DNA from: an uncultured Acidobacteriaceae bacterium
GTDB lineage: Bacteria; Acidobacteriota; Terriglobia; Terriglobales; Acidobacteriaceae
Reading direction: 5' to 3'
Length of the DNA stretch: 64,000 nucleotides
Assembly (NCBI GenBank): GCA_963771625.1
Contig: CAVYUE010000020.1
Location: forward strand, 4,067-68,066
How positions within the stretch are numbered: the stretch's first letter is position 1; each line of letters starts with the position of its first letter. The notes beneath the pieces are model-generated. The model did no database searches. It saw only the letters and a program-made list of their open reading frames with translations, and was not told where the DNA came from. Below are positions 55,457-64,000 of the stretch, one piece after another. A program made the position numbers and the translations under genes.

Positions 55457-56746
55457 CTATTCAGATTCTTTGGGACGGGTGGATTCGCGGAGAGCCGTAA
55501 GCTGGGGGTGAAGAAGCTTTGCGGTGAGTGAGCGAGTGAGGGACTCGACTGCTTCGCGTTGTTGCGGTGTGAGATCTGCAAGTTTGGATTGGGAGCGGGC
55601 GAGTTCGGCCTGGCGGAGTTCTTCAGCCTGTTGTTGCAGGGCCTTGATGGCGGGAACGGCGTCTCGTGACTGGATGCGCTCCTGGTATTTGTCTACTTCC
55701 CTGCTGACGATTGTTTCAGCGGCAGCGGCTTCGCGGCTGCGATCGGCGAGGTTAGCGGCGGCGACCTGCTGGAGGTCGTCGATATCGTAGACGAAGCAGC
55801 CTTCAACCTCATTCATGCGTGGGTCGACGTCGCGGGGGACGGCGATGTCGATGAAGAACATGGGACGGTTGCGACGGCGTTGGAGGAACTGCTGGCCGTG
55901 GGAGTGGCCGAAGATCTTTTGCGGGGCGCCGGTGGAGGTGATGACGATGTCAGCGCGGTCGGCCTGCTCGTAGAGGGCGTCGAAGGGGATAACGGCGGTG
56001 AGCACGGAGGCGCTGGAGAAGGCGGCAGCGATCTTTTCGGCGCGAGATTGCGTGCGATTGGCGACGAGGATCGAGGATGCGCCCTGCTGGATGAGGTGGC
56101 GCGCTGCAAGCTCGGACATCTTGCCCGCGCCTACGAGGAGGACTGTCTTGCCTTGTAGGGATCCGAAGATTTTTCTGGCGAGATCGACTGCCACGGACGC
56201 GATGGAGACGCTGCTTGAGCCTATCTGGGTTTCGGTGCGGATCTTCTTTGCAACGGTGAAGGTGCGCTGGAGGAGAGCCTCGAGGTGAGTTGAGACCGCT
56301 CCAGCATCGCGGGCGATGGTGTAGGCCTCTTTGACCTGACCAAGAATCTGAGGTTCGCCAACGACCATGCTGTCGAGCGAGCTGGCCACGCGGAAGAGAT
56401 GGCGGACGGCTTCGCGTTCGCGGAACTCGTAGAGGTGGGGCTGGATGTCGCTGGGTGGGACGGCAAAGTACTCGTGGAGGAAGCGAAGGAGATCGGCGTT
56501 GCTCTTTGCCTGACTGCTGGAGATGTCAGCTTCGGTGTTTTCGTCCTGAAGCGTGAGGAGTTCGACACGATTGCAGGTGGAGAGGATGAGGCCTTCGCGA
56601 ATGCCGGGTTGGTGAAGCAGCGTGCGCGTGGCTTCGGCGAGCCGCTCCACCGGGATGGCGAGGCGCTCGCGGACCTCTATTGGCGCGGTGTTGTGGTTGA
56701 TCCCGAGCAGGACGAGGCTGCCCGGTCTGGTGTTGTTCGTGCTCAT
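55457..56746 (-). CDS. hemA: Glutamyl-tRNA reductase
   Basis: STCNRVE, SLDSMVVGEPQILGQVK, GAGKM, DIAVPRD. Confidence 0.97.
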   Translation of the reverse strand: MSTNNTRPGSLVLLGINHNTAPIEVRERLAIPVERLAEATRTLLHQPGIREGLILSTCNRVELLTLQDENTEADISSSQAKSNADLLRFLHEYFAVPPSDIQPHLYEFREREAVRHLFRVASSLDSMVVGEPQILGQVKEAYTIARDAGAVSTHLEALLQRTFTVAKKIRTETQIGSSSVSIASVAVDLARKIFGSLQGKTVLLVGAGKMSELAARHLIQQGASSILVANRTQSRAEKIAAAFSSASVLTAVIPFDALYEQADRADIVITSTGAPQKIFGHSHGQQFLQRRRNRPMFFIDIAVPRDVDPRMNEVEGCFVYDIDDLQQVAAANLADRSREAAAAETIVSREVDKYQERIQSRDAVPAIKALQQQAEELRQAELARSQSKLADLTPQQREAVESLTRSLTAKLLHPQLTALRESTRPKESE

Positions 56747-57552
56747 GGCGCGGTGAACCTGTGTACCGCGGAGAACTGGTTTGCTGCCCAGACGGCGAGC
56801 ACTACCAGGAAGACAAAGCTGGAGAGATAGACGGCGCGACGTCCACGAAGACCGGAGTGGCGGCGAATGTAGATCATCGCGATGTAGGCCAGCCACATGG
56901 CGAAGGCGAGAAGGATTTTGGGGTCGCGGAAGTAAGAAGCCCCGACGGTTGCCTGGGCGATGAGCGAGCCGATGAGCAGGCCGGCGGTCATGCAGGGCAG
57001 GCCGAAGAGAAGGGCTTTGAGGGCGATCTGATCAGTGGTTTCGAGCGGAGGTAGCCACGGGATGGTGGGCGACTTTTGCTTGAGGCGACGCTCTTGAATC
57101 AAATACAGAAGCGAGGCGAGGAGAGACAGCAGCAACGCGGCATAGGCCGCTAAAAGGAGGACCACATGGAGGAAGATCCAGTGGGTGTGAAGGAGGGGGA
57201 AGGTTGTGCTCTCCTGGCCAGGGTGAAAGGCCGGGACGAGGCCGAGGAGGAAACAGATGGGCAGGATGAAGATGCCGAGGGAGACGGTTCGGTAGCGCCA
57301 GTAGACCAGAAGGAAGGCCAAGGCGAGAAGGAGGCCAAGGAGGGTCTGTGTTTCGTGGGTGTCGACGGGGAGAGAATGGTGGGCGGCGTTAAGCATCTCT
57401 GCCAGAGAGACGAAGTGGAAGAGAACCGCAGCGATGGTGGCAGGAATGGCGACGTGACGCCAGCGCGGGCGGTCATATAGAGCCACCGGTAGCACCGCGA
57501 GCGCGGCGATGCCGTAGAGAAAGACCGCGACTCGGAGCCAGAGGAGAGACAT
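56743..57552 (-). CDS. CcsA/HemX-like cytochrome c assembly family membrane protein
   Basis: WIFLHV, QERRLK, DPK, GLRGRR; ATGA overlap with hemA. Confidence 0.82.
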   Translation of the reverse strand: MSLLWLRVAVFLYGIAALAVLPVALYDRPRWRHVAIPATIAAVLFHFVSLAEMLNAAHHSLPVDTHETQTLLGLLLALAFLLVYWRYRTVSLGIFILPICFLLGLVPAFHPGQESTTFPLLHTHWIFLHVVLLLAAYAALLLSLLASLLYLIQERRLKQKSPTIPWLPPLETTDQIALKALLFGLPCMTAGLLIGSLIAQATVGASYFRDPKILLAFAMWLAYIAMIYIRRHSGLRGRRAVYLSSFVFLVVLAVWAANQFSAVHRFTAP

Positions 57553-57754
57553 AGTTAGGTGCAAGATGGTGCTGATTGCAATGTTAGTCGCAAGAGATTA
57601 AGTATATCGCTTTTGCGGAACGTCGGGCACGCAGGAAGGCAGCGCCATCCTGTGGCACTAAGGCAACTTGGGTTTTTACATTGGGCACAGAGACGCTGCG
57701 TGGGTGGACGGAGTTCAGCTGGTCGAGGCGCAGTTGCGCCGGATGGCTGGATAG

Positions 57755-60700
57755 TTATTTACTTCTAGCCAATGCCTCGTTGATGAGCGCTTGTTTTTCG
57801 TCTGAGCTGCCCCACAACGTGAGGAACTCCCGATAGGCCTCGACGCTTTCAGGTTTATTTCGACTGACTAGATAAGCCCGTGCTTCCGCCAGCTCGGCCA
57901 TTGGATAAACATTGCCCTGCAAAGCTAATGTCCCACCATGACGGGCTCAAGCGCAGTGTGAAAATCGAGAATTGCGGGTGCCAGCTGGCCCACCGCTGCG
58001 TGAGCCATACCTCGCAGATAGGGTGTCAACGATATCTCGTCGTACCTACTAAGATCAGTCAGCGCCTGGATGCTCTTCTCCGGCTCGTTTATCCCAATCT
58101 CTGCGGCTGCATGCAACTCAGGCACGTAGTACTGGGTTACAGCAGTGCTGCGTGGAAAGTTTTGCTGTAACGCAACGATCGTCTTCTCTGCGTATGGCTC
58201 ATCACCACACAGAGCCGCCGCCATTCCAGCATTGAAACTTGCGACGATACCCTTCGGAAGAGTTCTAACCTCGTCAGCCATCTCCAAGGCTGCGGTGCAG
58301 CTCTCCGCGAGCGCTCGGTCCAGAGCTCCTTGTGCAAGCAGATACGCTTGTGTCCCTGAGAGGTCTTGCTCGGCGCTTGCGGCGGCCGTTGTTCTCCAAA
58401 GCTTCGAGCCTTCACCCAGCCTTCCGGTATTGTCCAGATAGAGACCGTAACTATTCCATTCCGAATATGTAACCTGAGCGATGTCAGCAGGTGTCCCTTC
58501 TGCAAGAGCACTCTGCATCGCATCGACCCGCGCTGCGACAAGGTTGGGTCTTCCGCCTAAATACCCTGCAGTCAAACCATTCGCGCTTTCGACAACGCCA
58601 ACTCGCTTGGCCTCCGTCTCCAGTTGGAGCACGTCATCGTATCGGCCCATTCCGATCATCACGAGTTCTGCCTCAGCATACGTCTGCGTGTTGAATGGGT
58701 CTCTGCTATACCCTTGCTGGGCGATCTTCAATGCCTCCGGTAGATGTCCTTGCAAGCGCAGAGTCAACGCCATTCCTTGCATTCCATCAACGTCGAGCGG
58801 GTACCGCGTCCTATAGTCACGAATTGTCTTCGCTGCCTGGTCTATGTCTCCACTGGCATTTATCTCATAGCAAAACTTCGCCAGTAGTTTTACCTTGTCG
58901 CTTGCATGCACGGACGCGTCTCGTGCTGCAGTGGCTGCCTCGGCAGACGCTACCTCGGCCTTCTCGTCGCGATAGAGCCATGCAAGACGCATATGCGCCT
59001 GCACGAATCCTGGATCTAAACTCGTGGCTTGCTTATACGCTATCAGGGCATCGCGCCTGTGCCCGGCATCTGTTGCTGCCTCGCCCTGGGCGTATGCGTG
59101 CAATGCATCTACCTTGGCTGACGCCTCTTGTTCCAGCGGAACGCTTCTCCGAAGGTCTGCTTTGCTATCTTCACTCACCTCGGCGCGTACTGCCTTTGCC
59201 AGCCTGCCGATCGCTGCTGGAATCTCTTCCCTGCTGGCCGCGATCTCCTCTATACTCGCGACCTCATCGTTCGAATCGGCTTCCAGCACTTCAACGTTGA
59301 TGGTGTATGGCGCTTGTGAACCCGTAACCTCGCCGTACAAATATGCTCTTGCGTTAACCTTCTGCGCGACCTTTTGCCCTGGCACGGCTGTCAGCACACC
59401 GCCGTTTTCGGCCTGAATCTGCCGCAACCCCGCACGGTAGGCCTCGCCTCCCAGCAAGTCCAGAGCCTTAGACTGGCGCAGCGCAATCTCAAGCCCCTGC
59501 ATTACTGTTCCATCGAGTGTCTTGTCGGACGTCCTATTTTGAATCACTGTCAACAACAAGCGATCACTCGATCCCAACACAACCGGCCGAAACAGCCCGC
59601 TTCGGGCCAGGAGAAAAATTGTAGCTGCGACAATACCAACTGCTGTTGCAGCGAGTGCCAACCGCACCCGCGTGCGTGATCTTCCCGCCTGCCCTTCGAC
59701 CAACTCTACGAACTCGCTGTTCTCCGTAAGAGTCCAGGCCGAAGCCGTCTGTGGGTCCACACCGCGAACTCCGTGCTCAACCTGACTGATGAGAGACCAC
59801 GAACGAGAGGGCTCCTGATTTTCAGTCAAAGAATTGCTTGTGGCAGTTTTTGTATCGCTATCGATGGACGAATGAACCCGTGTCACGGCAGAGTGCAGGG
59901 CATGCGCCTGACTCTCGCCACTCTCTAATGCAACAGCACCTGCGGTCGGCGTTGAAGCACTTTGTAGTTCGACGCCGCCGCGATCTCTTTCCATTCCATG
60001 CGCCGGGCGATTCTTTCCGCTGCCAGAGCTCGAAGCAGAAGTGCCGACTGCGGGTAACGCTTCGCCCTGCGCTCGTCCTGGCCTACGCCTTCGGCCCTTG
60101 TGTCGAGCCACAGGATCAGCAGCACGAACCAAAGGCACCACGGAAGCCGCCCCCTTGTTGAGCCATCCTCCGCGCCCTAACTTGTCGGAGATCTTCGACA
60201 AGGCTTCGTGCAACTCCGACGCCGTCTGAAAGCGGGCCCGGCGGTCCTTCGTCATCAGCTTCAGAATCAGGCGCTCCAGTTCGCGCGGAATTGATTCGTT
60301 CCAGTCGCGAACCGGATCGGGTATTTGATTGAAGATCTGGGCGAACGTCAGCGCACTTGTTGTCCCTTCAAACGGCACACGCCGAGTCGCCATCTCATAC
60401 ATGACAACGCCAAGCGAAAAGAAGTCCGACCGCATATCGAGCGTCTCTCCCCTTGCTTGTTCGGGTGACATATACGCCACCGTACCGACGGTCGCACCAG
60501 CGAGCGTTAAGTCGAGCGTTCGCGACTCCCACCCACCGCGCATTTCGAGGGCAATCTTCGCCAGCCCAAAGTCCAGCACCTTCGCCTGAGACCTTCCACT
60601 CGGCATCTTTACCAGGAAGATATTTGCCGGTTTGATGTCCCGATGCACAATCCCTTTGGTGTGCGCGACCGCCAGCGCATCGGTGATCTCGACGGCATAC

Positions 60701-61035
60701 CGAACAATTTCGTCCGGCAGTAAAGCTCCGCGAGCAATACGGTCCTTCAGGGTCTCGCCCTCAAGCAGTTCCATCACCAGATAGGGGTCGCCGTCTTGTT
60801 CGCCTATGTCGAAGATCGTGCAGATGTTTGGATGATTCAGCCCTGAGGCGGCCCTGGCCTCCTGCAGGAAGCGCTCATGCATCCCGGGCATCTTGTAGTC
60901 ATTTTGTAGAAGCTTTACCGCGACCTCACGGTGCAGACGCTCGTCCCAGGCTCGGAAGACGAGGCCCATGCCGCCGCCCCCCAGTTTGCCGAGGATCTCG
61001 TACGGCCCGAACCTCTGGCCAGCTTCTGGAATCAT
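57755..61035 (-). CDS. Hanks-type Ser/Thr kinase with TM and extracytoplasmic TPRs; frameshift near 57945
   Basis: LGGGGMGLV, VAVK, HRDIKPAN, DFG, YMSPEQ; the C-terminus continues in another frame as ..AYREFLTLW..ARSK* at 57755. Confidence 0.9.
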
Positions 61036-61370
61036 GCCTTCGGTTCGCTTTCTGCCCTTCTATTCTTCAGTCAATTGAAGAGTCTCCTACGCGAATAACC
61101 CCTTGTTTAGCTTCATCATATCTGGGCCCATGAGGCTTCACGGATGTACTTCGCGAAGGTTCCACACTCGATAACCCATGTCGCTTGCGGCCCCGCGAAT
61201 CATGGGTGATTCCGCATATGCCGCCACACGCACGGCACGTTGATCAATCCTTGCTATCAATCTGGCATATCCACCAGCAAGGGGGCATCCCCCAAGCGTG
61301 GCATACGCAAACCAGATGGCTGTAAACAACGCAATTATTCATAGCTTCGAGCACAACTTATAATCAGCCT

Positions 61371-62111
61371 GTGAACGCCTCAAACCAGACTACGCAATCT
61401 ATCCCGACCGTTCGTCGTTCGGAACGCCAAACCCTTCTGATCGACGCCGACGACACTCTCTGGGAGAACAACATCTACTTTGAGCGCGCGATCACGAGCT
61501 TCATCTCGTACCTCGACCACCGTGTTCACACCGCGGAGGAGGTCCGCAGCCATCTGAACCGTGTCGAGCACGCCACCGTTCTCTCGCACGGCTATGGCCT
61601 GCATAGTTTTCGCCGTTCCCTTGTGGCTTGTTTTGAGCAGCTCACCGACGTCCCACTTACTGACGAAAAGCATCGGCGTATCGAAAGCTTCGCCCAGTCG
61701 ATCGCTGATCAGGAGATCGAGCTACTGCCTCAGGTGGATACAACACTAGCCGACCTCGCCACTCGCCATCGCCTCATTCTTGTCACCAAGGGAGATCAGA
61801 ACGAGCAGACCGACAAGCTGCACCGCTCCGGACTCGCATCACATTTCACCGCCATCGAGGTGCTACCTGAAAAGCATCGCGACGCCTACATCTCCCTTGC
61901 CACAAATCATGGTTGCGAAGGTTGCAACACCTGGATGATCGGCAACAGCCCGCGCTCCGACGTAAATCCAGCCCTCAGCGCAGGACTCAACGCGATCTTT
62001 ATCCCCCACGACTTCACCTGGGTTCTTGAGCACGAGGTGGTGAACCAGCCTCCCGCCGGACAGCATCTGCTCGAACTCGCAACCTTCGCCGATCTGACTC
62101 GCCATTTTTAA
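61371..62111 (+). CDS. HAD family hydrolase
   Basis: DADDTLWEN motif I, TKGD, MIGNSPRSD. Confidence 0.9.
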   Translation: MNASNQTTQSIPTVRRSERQTLLIDADDTLWENNIYFERAITSFISYLDHRVHTAEEVRSHLNRVEHATVLSHGYGLHSFRRSLVACFEQLTDVPLTDEKHRRIESFAQSIADQEIELLPQVDTTLADLATRHRLILVTKGDQNEQTDKLHRSGLASHFTAIEVLPEKHRDAYISLATNHGCEGCNTWMIGNSPRSDVNPALSAGLNAIFIPHDFTWVLEHEVVNQPPAGQHLLELATFADLTRHF

Positions 62112-62282
62112 TAACATCGCGAGACCACACGCAGCCGGTCCGTGCATGCATGCGTCAGGCACACCTGGCACGATGAATTTGGCCGGTTTGCCGCATTTCT
62201 TTGAACATTCACACTTCGTAAACCTGCTACAAAACTTCCCTGTAACATCTAAGAGGACGAACAAAGAAGTTGTGAGAGGTGT

Positions 62283-64000
62283 ATGAGCGAAGGTCGTTGG
62301 GTTCTATTGATTGCGAGTGAAGTTGGTGGCACGGATTCTGTCTCGGATCGCGCCATGGAGCGGCTGGTCGATGCAATTGGCGAAGAAGGTTATGAGGTAG
62401 TCCGAACATCCACACCGGAGGACGGCCTGTCTCTGGTCACCTCGGATCCTTCGTACAGCGCGATCCTTTTGGACTGGGACCTTGAGGGGGAAAATCAGTT
62501 CGCCGAAGGAGCGGCGCTGGCCATTCTTCGCGCCGTCCGCCGCCGCAACAAGAAAATTCCAATCTTCCTCATCGCGGACCGTACCCTCGTCAGTGAACTT
62601 CCCCTCGAAGTCGTCAAGCAGGTCCACGAGTACATTCATCTCTTCGGAGACACTCCAGCCTTCATCGCCAACCGCGTCGACTTCGCCGTCGAGCGCTACC
62701 ACGAGCAGCTTCTCCCACCCTACTTTCGCGAACTCAAGAAATATAACGACCAGGGCGCCTACTCATGGGACGCCCCAGGCCATATGGGTGGCGTTGCCTT
62801 TTTGAAGCATCCCGTCGGCATGGAGTTCCATAAGTTCTTCGGCGAAAACATCATGCGTTCGGACCTTGGCATCTCCACCTCGCCGCTAGGTTCGTGGCTC
62901 GATCACCTCGGACCCCCAGGCGAATCCGAGCGCAACGCCGCCCGCATCTTCGGTGCTGACTGGACCTTCTACGTCCTCGGGGGATCGTCGACCTCTAATC
63001 AGATCGTTGGACATGGTGTTATCGCACAGGACGACATCGTCCTCGCCGACGCCAACTGCCACAAGTCCATCTGTCACTCTCTCACCGTTACGGGCGCGCG
63101 TCCCGTTTACATGAAGCCCACGCGCAACGGCTACGGCATGATTGGCCTCGTTCCAATAAAGCGCTTCAGCCCCGAGTTCGTTCGCGGGATCATCGACAAG
63201 AGTCCGCTCACGACGGGCGTCGCCAACCAGAACCCCACCTATGCCGTCGTCACCAACTCTACATACGATGGCCTCTGCTACGACGTCAACAAGGTCGTCA
63301 CTGAACTCTCGAAGTCCGTTCCGCGCATTCACTTCGATGAGGCTTGGTACGCCTACGCCAAGTTCCATGAGATCTACCAAGGGCGCTTCGCTATGGGCGT
63401 TCCCGACGACATGCCCGACCGCCCAACCATCTTCGCGGTGCAATCCACGCACAAGATGCTGGCGGCCTTTTCCATGGGCTCCATGATTCACGTCAAGCTC
63501 AGCCCTCGCGCCAATCTCGACTTCGATCAGTTCAACGAATCCTTCATGATGCACGGCACCACTTCGCCGTTTTACCCGCTGATCGCCAGCCTCGACGTAG
63601 CAGCCGCCATGATGGACGAGCCAGCCGGTCCCACTCTGATGAGCGAGACCTTGCAGGACGCCATCAGCTTTCGCAAAGCGATGTCGTCGATCGGCCATCG
63701 CCTGCGGGCCGCCGAACAAGGCTGGTTCTTCCGCCTCTACCAGCCGGAGTACGTCTACGATCCTCTCGACGGGAAGACCTACCTCCTCGAGGAAGCCGCA
63801 GACGGCCTCCTCACCAACCGCTCCAGCGCCTGGACTCTGAAGGTCGGCGAGGAGTGGCACGGTTACCAAGATGAGGACATCGCCGACGACTACTGCATGC
63901 TTGACCCCACCAAAGTCACGATCCTTGCGCCGGGAGTTAACGCACAGGGTGTGATCAGCGACTGGGGCATCCCGGCAGCCATCGTTACGGAGTTCCTCGA
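62283..64000 (+). CDS. Orn/Lys/Arg decarboxylase (AdiA/LdcC-like), partial at the window end
   Basis: Open frame absent from the ORF track because it has no stop: N-terminal wing LLDWD, WDAPGHMGG, LDHLGP, NCHKS, FDEAW, PLP motif STHKMLAAFS, LDPTKVT. Confidence 0.93.
   Translation, partial: MSEGRWVLLIASEVGGTDSVSDRAMERLVDAIGEEGYEVVRTSTPEDGLSLVTSDPSYSAILLDWDLEGENQFAEGAALAILRAVRRRNKKIPIFLIADRTLVSELPLEVVKQVHEYIHLFGDTPAFIANRVDFAVERYHEQLLPPYFRELKKYNDQGAYSWDAPGHMGGVAFLKHPVGMEFHKFFGENIMRSDLGISTSPLGSWLDHLGPPGESERNAARIFGADWTFYVLGGSSTSNQIVGHGVIAQDDIVLADANCHKSICHSLTVTGARPVYMKPTRNGYGMIGLVPIKRFSPEFVRGIIDKSPLTTGVANQNPTYAVVTNSTYDGLCYDVNKVVTELSKSVPRIHFDEAWYAYAKFHEIYQGRFAMGVPDDMPDRPTIFAVQSTHKMLAAFSMGSMIHVKLSPRANLDFDQFNESFMMHGTTSPFYPLIASLDVAAAMMDEPAGPTLMSETLQDAISFRKAMSSIGHRLRAAEQGWFFRLYQPEYVYDPLDGKTYLLEEAADGLLTNRSSAWTLKVGEEWHGYQDEDIADDYCMLDPTKVTILAPGVNAQGVISDWGIPAAIVTEFL

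Noticed and set aside
57580-57690. Canonical 28-bp dif site
   Set aside because: Only a XerC-like half can be matched; there is no correctly spaced TTATG-type XerD arm, so it is not annotated as a feature
62886-63869. 327-aa minus-strand ORF and the many other long antisense ORFs (for example 1317-2708, 5677-6693, 25027-26388)
   Set aside because: These are shadow frames of recognisable genes on the opposite strand, expected in high-GC DNA

Overview
A high-GC bacterial chromosome segment. Gene content, secreted NHL/Ig proteins and REP-like repeats suggest Acidobacteriota (Acidobacteriaceae-like); this taxonomy is an inference. Most genes are core or housekeeping: dnaX-ybaB-recR, gpmI, eno, engB, nth, ino1, htpX, a ccmF-ccmH cytochrome c maturation operon, dispersed heme genes (ccsA-like, hemA, hemC, hemD, chdC/hemQ), two Hanks-type kinase-TPR proteins and a partial Orn/Lys/Arg decarboxylase. 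Accessory genes are interspersed (GH5-like glycanase, NHL/Ig surface proteins, TonB-dependent receptor, MFS, oxidoreductases). Many genes, including the essential dnaX, are broken by single-base indels, mostly in the first 31 kb; these are most likely sequencing or consensus errors. I found no rRNA, tRNA, CRISPR array, prophage or intact IS. The most interesting signals are five. (1) A GIY-YIG nuclease gene sits directly beside a long member of a dispersed GTCATCC-type palindromic repeat family, resembling the REP/RAYT arrangement. (2) A surface protein has its last Ig domain split by a membrane hairpin carrying an internal C-terminal lipobox, a candidate sorting or anchoring mechanism. (3) A 158-nt rod-like structured RNA candidate lies at 37.3-37.5 kb. 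(4) Strand compositional skew inverts sharply at about 57.6 kb. (5) The Ccm operon is atypical, with a Cys-rich CcmH and two CcmI-like partners.
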